A DNA stretch of 64,000 nucleotides from an uncultured Candidatus Saccharibacteria bacterium (GCA_964350885.1 CAYGKV010000001.1:4073-68072), one strand, 5' to 3'. Counted from the first letter of the stretch, positions 28,870 to 39,060 are shown. The notes: a model not told the origin generated them from the letters alone. Translations and numbers: made by a program.

Positions 28870-31800
28870 ATGTTGCCACTCTGGAAATTTTTTGTAGAAA
28901 AGCGGCAGTTTACCCTCCTCGTCATATTCGGGTTCTCGATCGCGGGAATTGTCGCCATGTTTGGAATGACGAGAGAGTCCACGCCCGAGATACAAATACC
29001 CGTTGGGGGTGTCACGGTCGTCCTCCCAGGCGCTTCACCGGAAGATGTGGAGCGCCTCGTCACCAACAAGTTGGAAGAGCGCCTCGCGAATCTTCCCGAC
29101 CTCAACAATCTTACGTCTTCTTCACGGGAAGGCATGTCGATCGTTATCGCAGAGTTCAATGCGTCGGCTGATATACCAACATCCATTCAAAAGCTGAAAG
29201 ATGAGGTAGACAGTGCGGTGCCCGATTTACCCGCGGAAGCAAAAACGCCGATTGTAATTGAACAGAATTTTTCAGATCAGCCGATACAGTTGATATCGGT
29301 AAGCGCTGATTTACCGCCCGCGCAATTTGCGCAGCTTGCAGAAGATGTAAAGCGAGAGTTGAAAAGCGTGAGAGGCGTATCGCGTATCGACGTCTCCGGC
29401 GTGCGTGATCGAGAGATACAAGTCGTGGTACGGAAGGAAGATATCTCACGGCTCGGCATTTCACTTCCGCAGATTATCGGGGCTATCGCCTCGGCGAATG
29501 TTTCCCTGCCAATCGGATCAATAACCATCGACAATATTTCATACGCCGTGGCATTTCGCGGGAGTCTTGATTCCGTTGATGATATTGGGAGTGTCGCAAT
29601 ACTCAACGTCGGCGGACAGGTGATCTACCTGCGCGATATTGCTGATGTCTCTGATGGGGTACAAAGGGCGACATCGTACTCTCGCATTTCTGTTGCAGGA
29701 GAACCATCGCGGCAAGCAATGACGCTGAGCGTGGTGAAAGTCCGCGGTGAGGATATTACGAAAGTGACTAAAGCGGTAAAAGAAAAACTAGCCGAACTGC
29801 AGACGGGAATTCTTTTGGGGAGTGACGTGGTCATCTCCTATGACGCGGGCGATGATATACGCAAGAACCTCCGAGAACTCACCCAAACAGGCCTTGAGAC
29901 GGTGGCCTTGGTGATGCTCGCATTGCTTGCGACCATCGGGTGGCGTGAGGCGCTTGTTGCGGGAGTCTCGATCCCTCTTTCGTTCCTCATCGCATTTATC
30001 GGGCTCCTCTACAGCGGCAATACACTCAATATCGTCTCGTTGTTTTCTCTGATTCTTGCAATCGGGATTCTCATTGACGCGGGCATCGTGATCGTCGAGG
30101 CGATACATACGAGGACGCGACTCTATGGAGATAAACATCGGGCCGCGATCGAAGCGCTCCGCGAGTACGGGTGGCCGCTCATTGGTGGCACTATGGCGAC
30201 GATCGCATTTTTCGTACCGCTCTTCTTTATTTCTGGCATCGTCGGGAAATTCATCGCATCGATCCCGTTCACGCTCATTTTCGTTCTCCTCGCGTCCATT
30301 TTCGTGGCGCTCGGGCTCGTTCCTACGATCGCCAACATGATGGCGGCCAAAGAAGAATCCGAGCTCATGAAAAGCCAGGAGGAGTATGCGGAGCGCGCTC
30401 GTGTCTGGTACGCCGGACACCTTAGAGTGTTTCTCCAGAATCGTCGCATGCAAAACAAATTTCTTTGGGGAATGCTCGCATCGCTCATCGTCGCGTTTCT
30501 TCTCCCGATGCCGTTTGTGGGGCTCTTGAAGGTCTCTTTTTTTCCACAAGACGACAGCGAATTCCTTTACGTCGACATAGAAATGCCTCAGGGCACTGAC
30601 CTCAATCGCACTGACCTTGCGACACGCGCAGTGGAAGAGCAGCTCTTCGGCGACGAGCGGTTTTCTTCGGTCATATCGACGGTAGGGGGTCTCAGCGCTT
30701 TTTCGAGCTCAGACGGCTCAATACGCGCCGATGCGCGTTTTGCCAACGTTACGATCAATTTGGTGAAGGACAGGAAGGAAACTTCGAGCGAGATTCTTGC
30801 GAGCGTGAAGGATAAGCTTGCCTCCGTGCGAGACGCTGAGATTCGGGTGGGGGAACCATCGGGTGGCCCGCCGGTCGGTGCCGCGGTTGTCATAAAATTC
30901 CTTGGGAAAGATAGAGAGGAGCTGAATGCCGTTGTGGCACGCGCACGAGATGTGCTCGAACGAACTGAAGGTGCCACCGCCGTCAATTCATCAAACAAGT
31001 ACGACGGTACGCAATTTGTGCTCTCCATCGAACGAGGAAAATTGGCGCAGCTCGGACTTTCGCCATCGGGCGTTGCGGCGACCCTGCGCACCGCGGTCTC
31101 CGGCGTAACCGCTACATCGCTCACGGGAGGGCAGAAAAATGTCGACATTGTTGTTTCTCTCAATCTCAATCCGGATTTCGTGGATCCACACAATGCTTCA
31201 TACGCATCAGTCGAAAGTTTGCGACAAATTCCTCTCATCACTCCATCAGGGCAAACGGTTCTTCTTGGATCGGTGGTATCGGAGTCGATCGCGAAGAGTG
31301 ATACGGCGATTGCACACGAAAACCGTGAGCGTGTCGCCTCTCTCACAAGCGATGTTCTTCCCGGATACACACCCGCCGAGGTACTTGCTGCATTCAATTC
31401 CGAATTCAAGCCAGAGGAATTAGACCTTGGCGTTCGTATGGTGGTCGGTGGAGAAAATGAAGAGACCAACAAATCATTTGCCGAAATGGGGTATGCGATC
31501 ATCGCCGGTGCTGTGCTCACGTTTGTCATTCTCGTCCTCTCCTTCAATTCCTTCCGGTTTGCCGGCTTCCTCCTTCTCCTCGTGCCACTCTCACTTATCG
31601 GTGTCTTTGGCGGTCTCGCGCTTACGCTCCAGCCGCTCTCATTTCCTTCTCTAATGGGTGTGATTGCGCTTGCGGGCGTCATCATCAATCACGCGATTAT
31701 TCTCATGGATGCTTTCATCGTCCGGCTGCGTGAGGGGGAAGGGCGGGCGCTCATAGACATCGTCATTGATTCCGCGGTGTCGCGTTTGAGACCAATTATT

Positions 31801-31983
31801 CTCACGACGGTCACAACAGTCATCGGTATGGTGCCATTGGTGTTTGCTTCGGCGCTCTTCGGGCCGCTTGCGCTCGCGATTCTCTTCGGATTATCCTTCG
31901 CGATGGTTCTTACGCTCGTCCTCATTCCCGTCCTTGTATATCGATGGCCGGGTAAGATTCCTCCAGGCGTTCGGCGATCGTAA
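28870..31983 (+). CDS. RND-family efflux transporter permease (AcrB/HAE1-like)
   Basis: 1037 aa, 12 TM with two large periplasmic loops; no outer-membrane factor gene adjacent. Confidence 0.85.
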   Translation: MLPLWKFFVEKRQFTLLVIFGFSIAGIVAMFGMTRESTPEIQIPVGGVTVVLPGASPEDVERLVTNKLEERLANLPDLNNLTSSSREGMSIVIAEFNASADIPTSIQKLKDEVDSAVPDLPAEAKTPIVIEQNFSDQPIQLISVSADLPPAQFAQLAEDVKRELKSVRGVSRIDVSGVRDREIQVVVRKEDISRLGISLPQIIGAIASANVSLPIGSITIDNISYAVAFRGSLDSVDDIGSVAILNVGGQVIYLRDIADVSDGVQRATSYSRISVAGEPSRQAMTLSVVKVRGEDITKVTKAVKEKLAELQTGILLGSDVVISYDAGDDIRKNLRELTQTGLETVALVMLALLATIGWREALVAGVSIPLSFLIAFIGLLYSGNTLNIVSLFSLILAIGILIDAGIVIVEAIHTRTRLYGDKHRAAIEALREYGWPLIGGTMATIAFFVPLFFISGIVGKFIASIPFTLIFVLLASIFVALGLVPTIANMMAAKEESELMKSQEEYAERARVWYAGHLRVFLQNRRMQNKFLWGMLASLIVAFLLPMPFVGLLKVSFFPQDDSEFLYVDIEMPQGTDLNRTDLATRAVEEQLFGDERFSSVISTVGGLSAFSSSDGSIRADARFANVTINLVKDRKETSSEILASVKDKLASVRDAEIRVGEPSGGPPVGAAVVIKFLGKDREELNAVVARARDVLERTEGATAVNSSNKYDGTQFVLSIERGKLAQLGLSPSGVAATLRTAVSGVTATSLTGGQKNVDIVVSLNLNPDFVDPHNASYASVESLRQIPLITPSGQTVLLGSVVSESIAKSDTAIAHENRERVASLTSDVLPGYTPAEVLAAFNSEFKPEELDLGVRMVVGGENEETNKSFAEMGYAIIAGAVLTFVILVLSFNSFRFAGFLLLLVPLSLIGVFGGLALTLQPLSFPSLMGVIALAGVIINHAIILMDAFIVRLREGEGRALIDIVIDSAVSRLRPIILTTVTTVIGMVPLVFASALFGPLALAILFGLSFAMVLTLVLIPVLVYRWPGKIPPGVRRS

Positions 31984-32260
31984 GTTCTCCCCACGGGTGC
32001 CCTTCCGTTCGCTTGCTCGACACGGTAGACTTCCGCAATGTCCATTAAAACAAATGAAGAAAAGAGCGGAGTTGTGCATTCTACGCAAGTAATCTTTGGA
32101 AAAATATTGGAATCACGGACGAGCTCGAACATCTTAATCATAGTCCTTATTCTGCTGGCTGCACTGCCACTTTTTGGTGTGGGTATCATGACGACTAGTG
32201 CCGCAGCTCCGCAGGACATCGAGGATAATTAAGCACGACTCTCACATTGTGGTGAGAATT

Positions 32261-32269
32261 TGCTATCAT
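32261..32269 (+). promoter_or_regulatory. extended -10 element (TGcTATCAT) 9 nt upstream of lysS ATG, suggesting a (near-)leaderless transcript
   Basis: read directly from sequence; no SD between box and ATG. Confidence 0.25.
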
Positions 32270-32278
32270 GTGTCTACC

Positions 32279-33736
32279 ATGAGCGAGCACGATATACGGA
32301 CAGATCGTCTACGAAAGCTGGGGATGCTGAAATCCGTGGGGATGGATGGGTATCCTGCGCGTACAAAGCGCGACACCTCAATCACTGATTTTCTTGTCGA
32401 CTTCGACGCTCGGGAGGCGAGTGGAAAACCGCAGACAATCGCTGGAAGACTTATGTCGAAGCGCGGTCAGGGCGGGATCATGTTTGCAGATATTTTCGAC
32501 GGAGAGAAGACGCAACTCGTATTTCAGAAAGCGGATATGGATGAATCGATGTTTACGTTGTTCGCCGATGCGGTAGACACCGGTGATTTTTTGGAAGCGA
32601 CGGGTAGCGCCTCTAAGACGAAGCGCGGCGAACGCTCTCTCAAGGTGACGCATTGGAAGATGCTCGCAAAAGCGCTCTTGCCAATCCCGACCGAATACTT
32701 CGGCATCAAGGACGAAGAATTAATATTGCGCCAACGGTATCTCGACATTCTCTTGAACGAAGAGGTGCGGAAGATGTTTGAGCGCCGAGCTACATTTTGG
32801 CAATCCGCACGTCAATTTTATCTCTCCCGTGGTTTTCTCGAGGTGGAGACTCCCGTCCTCGAGACGACGCCTGGTGGAGCTGATGCTCGGCCGTTCAAGA
32901 CACATCACAACGCGCTCGACATTGACGTATATTTGCGCATTTCGGCTGGCGAACTATGGCAGAAAAAACTCCTCATCGCGGGGTATCCGAAGGTATTCGA
33001 GATCGGTCGTATTTTCCGCAATGAGGGTCAATCGCGCGAGCACCTCCAAGATTATACGCAACTAGAGTCTTACGAGGCGTTTTCTGACGCTAAGGAGGGA
33101 ATGGAATTTGTAAAAGAACTCTACCGCCATATCGCCAAAGAAACATACGGCCAATATTCTTTCACAATAGGTGATCATGAGGTTGATTTGGCAGACGATT
33201 GGGCGATCATTGATTTCGCGTCTTCTATCAAGCAGCGATATGGAATCGACCCCATTTCATGCAGCGAGGAAGAGGCAGTATCTGCTGCGAAAAATGCAGG
33301 GGTGAAGTTTGGCGACGTGCCCAACAAAGCCCGCGCCGTTGATCATTTGTGGAAGCAGATCAGAAAATCGATCACGGGGCCGGCATTTTTGAGGGGGGTG
33401 CCTGTATTTCTAGAGCCGCTCGCAAAACGGGTGGAGGACGACGAATCTATCGTCGATAGATTTCAAGTTATTTTGGCGGGAAGCGAAATGGGTAAGGGTT
33501 ACAGTGAGCTCAACGATCCGCAAGATCAGCGTGCGCGGTTTGAAGAGCAGCAAAAATTGCGCGATGAAGGCGACGACGAAGCGCAGCGTCTTGATGAAGA
33601 GTACATCCGCGCCATGGAATTTGGCATGCCGCCAGCTTTTGGCTTCGGTGTCTCTGAGCGCCTCTTCTCTTTCCTCGAAAATCGCCCAGCGCATGAGACA
33701 CAACTCTTCCCGCTCCTGCGCCCTAAATCAGAGTGA
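32279..33736 (+). CDS. lysS: lysine--tRNA ligase (class II)
   Basis: OB-fold anticodon-binding N-terminus, class II motifs (FRNEG, GGADARPF), 485 aa from MSEHDIRTDR. Confidence 0.9.
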   Translation: MSEHDIRTDRLRKLGMLKSVGMDGYPARTKRDTSITDFLVDFDAREASGKPQTIAGRLMSKRGQGGIMFADIFDGEKTQLVFQKADMDESMFTLFADAVDTGDFLEATGSASKTKRGERSLKVTHWKMLAKALLPIPTEYFGIKDEELILRQRYLDILLNEEVRKMFERRATFWQSARQFYLSRGFLEVETPVLETTPGGADARPFKTHHNALDIDVYLRISAGELWQKKLLIAGYPKVFEIGRIFRNEGQSREHLQDYTQLESYEAFSDAKEGMEFVKELYRHIAKETYGQYSFTIGDHEVDLADDWAIIDFASSIKQRYGIDPISCSEEEAVSAAKNAGVKFGDVPNKARAVDHLWKQIRKSITGPAFLRGVPVFLEPLAKRVEDDESIVDRFQVILAGSEMGKGYSELNDPQDQRARFEEQQKLRDEGDDEAQRLDEEYIRAMEFGMPPAFGFGVSERLFSFLENRPAHETQLFPLLRPKSE

Positions 33737-34284
33737 TGATTTCCGGTGAACGAAATCAAATCGCGGTATTCGGGGGTGGTTGCTTTTGGTGCACGGAGGC
33801 GGTCTTTCAAACGCTGAAAGGTGTTGAGAAAGTAGAATCCGGCTACGCCGGAGGGGAGAAGGAAAATCCGTCATACGAAGCCGTAAGCAGTGGAAACACC
33901 GGCCATGCAGAAGTTATTCGTGTCACGTACGATCCCGCCGTAATTTCGTACGAAGATTTACTCACTGTCTTTTTCGGCTCGCACGACCCTACGACTCCGA
34001 ATCGGCAGGGGGCGGACGTGGGGGAGCGATATCGTTCGGTTATTTTGTATGAGACTGAGGGGGAGAAGGTGACTGCTGAACGCGTCGCGAAAGAGATTCA
34101 AGATTCTCTGAAAGATGGGACCCGCGTGGTCACGCAAATTGTCCCCCTCGGAAAATTCTTTACCGCAGAGTCATACCATCAAAATTATTTCAAAACCAAT
34201 ACCTCGGCACCGTATTGCCAGCTTGTTATCGAGCCAAAAATAGAGAAGGTGCGCAAACAATTTGCCGAACTCGTAAAGCAGTGA
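33733..34284 (+). CDS. msrA: peptide-methionine (S)-S-oxide reductase
   Basis: FGGGCFWCTEAVF active-site motif; ATGA overlap with lysS. Confidence 0.9.
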   Translation: MMISGERNQIAVFGGGCFWCTEAVFQTLKGVEKVESGYAGGEKENPSYEAVSSGNTGHAEVIRVTYDPAVISYEDLLTVFFGSHDPTTPNRQGADVGERYRSVILYETEGEKVTAERVAKEIQDSLKDGTRVVTQIVPLGKFFTAESYHQNYFKTNTSAPYCQLVIEPKIEKVRKQFAELVKQ

Positions 34285-34727
34285 TGATCTCAATGTTACG
34301 AATCGATTTTGAGAAGCTCGTTACCGAAGGGTATGAAAAATTACCCGAGTGGGTGCGATTGAAGATACGAAACGTCGCGCTTCTCGTCGAGGACGAGCCA
34401 TCGAATGAGGATCGAAAGACGGAAGGGTTGGCCGACGACGAGACGTTACTCGGACTGTACAAAGGTATTCCACTCTCGGAGCGCGGAGAGCTTTATGGCG
34501 TAGGGATGACCATGCCGGATACCATTACGCTCTATCAAAAACCTATCGAAGAGGCCGCCTCAGAATTATGGATGTCCGACATCCATAATTCTGGGGTGCA
34601 AACTTTTCAGGACGCAGTCAAGAGCGTGGTAGCCGACACTGTCTGGCATGAATTCGCTCACCATTTTGGTATGGATGAGGGGGAGGTGAGGAAGCGCGAG
34701 CAGGAGCGTTTTGGGGATGTGGTATAA
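34284..34727 (+). CDS. zincin-like metallopeptidase family protein (DUF1025-type)
   Basis: HEFAHHFG HExxH motif near C-terminus; start overlaps msrA stop (TGATG). Confidence 0.55.
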   Translation: MISMLRIDFEKLVTEGYEKLPEWVRLKIRNVALLVEDEPSNEDRKTEGLADDETLLGLYKGIPLSERGELYGVGMTMPDTITLYQKPIEEAASELWMSDIHNSGVQTFQDAVKSVVADTVWHEFAHHFGMDEGEVRKREQERFGDVV

Positions 34728-34737
34728 ATATGGAATG

Positions 34738-35985
34738 ATGAAACTTTCGGAGATTCTGCGCACAAGGGGGCTCGTGCACCAATTCTCGTCCGAAACCCTG
34801 GAAGAAATTACCGACGGTAAAAAACGCACCCTCTATATCGGCGTCGACCCGACGGCTGATTCCATCCACGTCGGCAACCTCGCAGCCTACATGCTTTTAC
34901 GGCGCTTTGCCGACGCTGGGCACAAGGTAATCCTCCTCGTGGGGGGAGGCACGGGCATGATTGGTGATCCGAAACCCGATGTGGAGCGGCCGCTTCTCGA
35001 TAAGGATACGATTACTGCGCGCGTGGAAAAGTTGAAAATGCAGGTGACGAAACTGTTCGGCGGTATAGAAGTCGAGGTTGTCAATAATGCCGATTGGCTC
35101 GAAAAGCTTAGTCTCATAGAATTTTTGCGCGATATCGGCAAATACTTCACGGTAAACAATTTGGTCAAGAAAGATGCGATAAGTGCGCGCATGAAGAGCG
35201 CGGAGGGAATTTCATTTACCGAATTCTCCTACCCACTTCTTCAGGCATACGACTTTTGGCATCTCTTTACCGAACACGCCTGCGACGTGCAAATCGGTGG
35301 CTCCGATCAGTGGGGCAATATTGTGTCGGGAGTAGATCTCATACGGCGGAAGGAAAATAAAATCGCCTATGCGCTCACGATTCCGATTATCACAGACAAG
35401 GCAACTGGCAAGAAATTTGGAAAAAGCGAGGGAAATGCCGTGTGGCTCGACTCCTCGATGACCTCTCCCTACGTCTTTTATCAATTTTGGCTCAATACAA
35501 GCGACGAAAGCGCGAGCGACTACCTCAAGATATTCACACTCCTTTCCGATATGGAAATCGGTGCTGTGACGGAATTACACCGACGCGATACAAAAGGCCG
35601 CCATGCCCAGAAGACTCTTGCGCGCGAACTCACTACGCTCGTGCATGGAGTTGATGAGGCGGGGAGAGCGGAACTAGTAACACAAGTGTTGTTTGGAGAA
35701 GAAGACCTCTCTGTGCTCGATACCGAAGCTGTTGCGACGTTGCGCGCAGCAGCACCTCTCTATGAAGTGCAGGCAGACACGCTTCTTCTCGATGCATTGG
35801 TAGGTGCGAAGCTTGCGAGCTCGAAGACCGAGGCGCGTCGTTTTATGAAAGAGAAAGCAGTGTTTCTCAATGACGAGTGTGTGACGGATATTGAAAAGAA
35901 GTTCGATTTGAAAGATTTTCAGAATGGTATTGCTCTTCTAAAGCGTGGGAAGCGCAACGTCTGTGTTTTGACTCTCAGGCAATAA
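34738..35985 (+). CDS. tyrS: tyrosine--tRNA ligase
   Basis: HIGH-type motif (DSIHVGNL), KMSKS-type (KKFGKSEG), C-terminal S4 domain. Confidence 0.9.
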   Translation: MKLSEILRTRGLVHQFSSETLEEITDGKKRTLYIGVDPTADSIHVGNLAAYMLLRRFADAGHKVILLVGGGTGMIGDPKPDVERPLLDKDTITARVEKLKMQVTKLFGGIEVEVVNNADWLEKLSLIEFLRDIGKYFTVNNLVKKDAISARMKSAEGISFTEFSYPLLQAYDFWHLFTEHACDVQIGGSDQWGNIVSGVDLIRRKENKIAYALTIPIITDKATGKKFGKSEGNAVWLDSSMTSPYVFYQFWLNTSDESASDYLKIFTLLSDMEIGAVTELHRRDTKGRHAQKTLARELTTLVHGVDEAGRAELVTQVLFGEEDLSVLDTEAVATLRAAAPLYEVQADTLLLDALVGAKLASSKTEARRFMKEKAVFLNDECVTDIEKKFDLKDFQNGIALLKRGKRNVCVLTLRQ

Positions 35986-36028
35986 ACAGCAGGTACCATT
36001 TTTTGATCAACCCTGATACAGTACTCTC

Positions 36029-38044
36029 GTGAATGAGTTCAAAATCGTATCAAAATACAAGCCGGCCGGCGATCAACCGGCCGCTATCAAAGCCCTCGTG
36101 AAGGGCCTTAAGGCAGGTATGCGTGATCAGACGCTCTTGGGGGTTACGGGCTCGGGCAAGACTTTTACGGTTGCAAACATCATCGAAAAGACGCAAAAAC
36201 CAACGCTCGTGATCGCTCACAACAAAACACTTGCCGCGCAGCTAGCCGCCGAGTATCGTGAATTTTTTCCTGATGCCGCGGTGCACTATTTCGTCTCGTA
36301 CTACGATTACTACCAGCCGGAAGCGTATGTGCCGGTGACCGACACATACATCGAGAAGGAGGCGATGGTCAACGAAGACATCGAGCGCCTGCGGCATGCG
36401 GCGACGCAAGCGCTACTCACGCGTCCCGATGTCATCATCGTTGCCTCAGTGTCGTGTATCTATGGATTGGGAAGCCCTGAGGAATATAAAAAGGTGAATT
36501 TGAAAATCACGGAAGGTGAGCCGACGACTCGCGCTACACTCGCTCGGAAACTGATCGCGATGTATTTCGAACGTGTCGCCGGAGACCTTTCTCCCGGTAC
36601 GTTTCGTGCGCTCGGGGCTGCGGTCGAGATCATGCCCGCAAGCGAACGCGTCATCTATCGCATAGATCTCACGGGAGGCAAAATCGCTCGGATCGAAGAG
36701 ATAGATGCTCTCACGCGCGGTATCCAAGGTGTACATGACGCGACGTTCATTTTTCCCGCAAAACACTACGTAACGCCGAAAGATGTGCAGGATGCTGCGT
36801 TGGCAGAAATGGAGATCGAACTTGCTCAACAGCTAAAGAAGTTTGCCGCAGAAGGAAAGATTTTGGAGGCCGAGCGCTTGAAACGTCGGACAAGGCAAGA
36901 TATTTCAATGATACGCGAGTTTGGTTTTTGTAATGGGATTGAGAATTATTCTCGGCACTTCGACAGGAGGGAGCCAGGCGAGCCGCCCTACACGTTGCTC
37001 TCGTATTTTCCGAAAAAGAGGGATGGTTCTCCCGATTTTTTGACCGTGATCGACGAATCGCATGTTACCGTCTCTCAAATTGGAGGTATGTACGCAGGGG
37101 ATCGTTCTCGAAAAGACATGTTGGTCGCGCACGGATTTCGCCTCCCGAGCGCAGTTGATAATCGTCCGCTCACGTTTTCCGAATTTCGAGAGCGTGTGGG
37201 GCAGACGATCTACACATCCGCGACTCCAGGAAAATTTGAACTTGAGCAGAGTGGCACTCCTGTCTCGCAGATTATCCGCCCCACCGGTCTTGTTGATCCG
37301 CAGATAGAGGTACGCCCAATTGTGGCTCGAGGAGAATATGTGGGGCAGGTCAAAGATTTTATTGCGGAGGCAGAGAAGGTGACTGCGCGCGGGGCTCGCT
37401 CCATGGTGACAGTCCTCACAAAGAAAATGGCGGAAGATCTAACGGCTTTTCTTGCCGAGAAAAAAATAAAGGTGCGCTACATCCACAGCGATGTGAAAAC
37501 GATAGAGCGTATCGAGATTCTCACCGATTTCCGTAAGGGCGTATTTGATATTCTTGTCGGTGTAAACCTGTTGCGCGAAGGATTGGATTTGCCCGAGGTC
37601 GAACTTGTGGCGATCTTGGACGCGGACAAGGAAGGATTCTTGCGTAGCGAGACATCACTCATCCAGACTATCGGACGTGCTGCACGAAATGTTTTGGGGC
37701 GTGTCATTCTGTATGCCGATACGATGACTGGTTCTTTGGAGCGGGCGATCGGGGAAACCAATCGTCGCCGCGCCATTCAAGAAGAGTACAACAAAAAGCA
37801 CAACATTACACCCCAGACTATTCAGAAGCGTATTCATGATATCGTAGGCGACATTCAACGCGCGCGCACGCGCGCAGTGGGCGAGCTTGCAGAATTAGAC
37901 AAGGCGGCGTACAAGGGGGACATCAAAAAACTCATCAAAGACAAGAAAAACCAAATGCGCGAAGCTGCCGACAAGTTGGATTTTGAGACCGCGGCTCTTT
38001 TGCGCGATGAAATACACACATTGGAAACAAGAGGTAAGAAATAA
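36029..38044 (+). CDS. uvrB: excinuclease ABC subunit B
   Basis: GVTGSGKTFT Walker A, helicase motifs, C-terminal UVR domain (LDFETAALLRDEIHTLE); GTG start. Confidence 0.95.
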   Translation: MNEFKIVSKYKPAGDQPAAIKALVKGLKAGMRDQTLLGVTGSGKTFTVANIIEKTQKPTLVIAHNKTLAAQLAAEYREFFPDAAVHYFVSYYDYYQPEAYVPVTDTYIEKEAMVNEDIERLRHAATQALLTRPDVIIVASVSCIYGLGSPEEYKKVNLKITEGEPTTRATLARKLIAMYFERVAGDLSPGTFRALGAAVEIMPASERVIYRIDLTGGKIARIEEIDALTRGIQGVHDATFIFPAKHYVTPKDVQDAALAEMEIELAQQLKKFAAEGKILEAERLKRRTRQDISMIREFGFCNGIENYSRHFDRREPGEPPYTLLSYFPKKRDGSPDFLTVIDESHVTVSQIGGMYAGDRSRKDMLVAHGFRLPSAVDNRPLTFSEFRERVGQTIYTSATPGKFELEQSGTPVSQIIRPTGLVDPQIEVRPIVARGEYVGQVKDFIAEAEKVTARGARSMVTVLTKKMAEDLTAFLAEKKIKVRYIHSDVKTIERIEILTDFRKGVFDILVGVNLLREGLDLPEVELVAILDADKEGFLRSETSLIQTIGRAARNVLGRVILYADTMTGSLERAIGETNRRRAIQEEYNKKHNITPQTIQKRIHDIVGDIQRARTRAVGELAELDKAAYKGDIKKLIKDKKNQMREAADKLDFETAALLRDEIHTLETRGKK

Positions 38045-38065
38045 CGACTTACGGTATCGTTGATT

Positions 38066-38106
38066 CACCCACCAAACCTACGCTATAGCGTAGGTTTGGT
38101 GGGGTG
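38066..38106 (+). terminator. near-perfect 18 bp stem-loop downstream of uvrB (no T-tract)
   Basis: cacccaccaaacctacgc-tata-gcgtaggtttggtggggtg read directly. Confidence 0.4.
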
Positions 38107-38127
38107 CGTGTGTCGCGTGTATCGGGA

Positions 38128-38133
38128 TATAAT
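38128..38133 (+). promoter_or_regulatory. TATAAT -10 box 6 nt upstream of murB ATG (leaderless arrangement)
   Basis: gggaTATAATgcgcggATG read directly. Confidence 0.25.
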
Positions 38134-38139
38134 GCGCGG

Positions 38140-39060
38140 ATGCTGGAAATAAAGGAAAATGTACCACTGTCGCCGCTCACCACTTTTGAGATTGGTGGCA
38201 AGGCGCGATATTTTGTGGATGTCGCGAGTGATGATCAGATTCGTGAGGCGTTGCATTGGGCACACGATGTTGGGGTCCGGCCAATCATTCTTGCCGGAGG
38301 CAGCAACGTGCTTGTGCCGGATGAGGGCATCGAAACGCTCGTCATGCGTATCGTCAGCAAGCATATCTCTTTTGTGGATCAAGAACTTGATGCGGATGCT
38401 GGCTGCAATCTCTTGGGGCTTATTCGTGAAGCGGGGAAGCGGGGGCTTGGCGGGTGGGAAAAGCTCGCGGGGATTCCAGGTACGATCGGTGGCGCGGTAC
38501 GAGGCAACGCCGGCGCTTTTGGGCCGGAAATCAAAGATTTTGTGCACAAGGTGCGAGCGATCAATATGAATACAGGGAGGACAAGAGAATTTGAGAATAC
38601 AGAGTGTGGTTTTCAGTATCGCAATAGTTTTTTCAAACAACATCCAAAATGGCTCATCACGCGTGTGTACCTGCATTTGGAAAAAGTACTCCCAGCAGAA
38701 AGCGCCAAACTCATCGAGGAGACAATTGTCGAACGCGAGAGGCGTCATCTCCAAAATGTCAGGGCCGCTGGCTCATTTTTTATGAATCCTACGGCACCTA
38801 AAGAAATCGTTGACATGTTTGAAAAAGAGAAAGGTGTGAAATCTCGGGAGAGTCGTGTTCCTGCGGGCTGGCTTATCGAAAAGGCGGGCATGAAAGGCGT
38901 CACCGTTGGAGGTGCAATCGCCAGCCTCCAGCATCCGAATTACATCGTGAATCAGGATAATGCCACCGCAAAGGATGTCAAAACTCTCGCGGAGAACGTG
39001 AAAATCGCGGTGATGTCCCGATTTGGTGTCGACTTGCACGAAGAGGCTGCAATTTTGTGA
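38140..39060 (+). CDS. murB: UDP-N-acetylenolpyruvoylglucosamine reductase
   Basis: FAD-binding domain (ILAGGSNVLVPDEG), MurB C-terminal domain; ~306 aa. Confidence 0.85.
   Translation: MLEIKENVPLSPLTTFEIGGKARYFVDVASDDQIREALHWAHDVGVRPIILAGGSNVLVPDEGIETLVMRIVSKHISFVDQELDADAGCNLLGLIREAGKRGLGGWEKLAGIPGTIGGAVRGNAGAFGPEIKDFVHKVRAINMNTGRTREFENTECGFQYRNSFFKQHPKWLITRVYLHLEKVLPAESAKLIEETIVERERRHLQNVRAAGSFFMNPTAPKEIVDMFEKEKGVKSRESRVPAGWLIEKAGMKGVTVGGAIASLQHPNYIVNQDNATAKDVKTLAENVKIAVMSRFGVDLHEEAAIL

Noticed and set aside
29788-31688. Minus-strand ORFs (253 aa and 366 aa) inside the RND permease gene
   Set aside because: Antisense to a well-supported 1037-aa transporter; highly charged low-complexity translations.
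31984-32278. T-box or lysine riboswitch leader upstream of lysS
   Set aside because: No T-box consensus (AATTAGGGTGGNACCGCG) or L-box features seen; region instead shows a promoter abutting the ATG.
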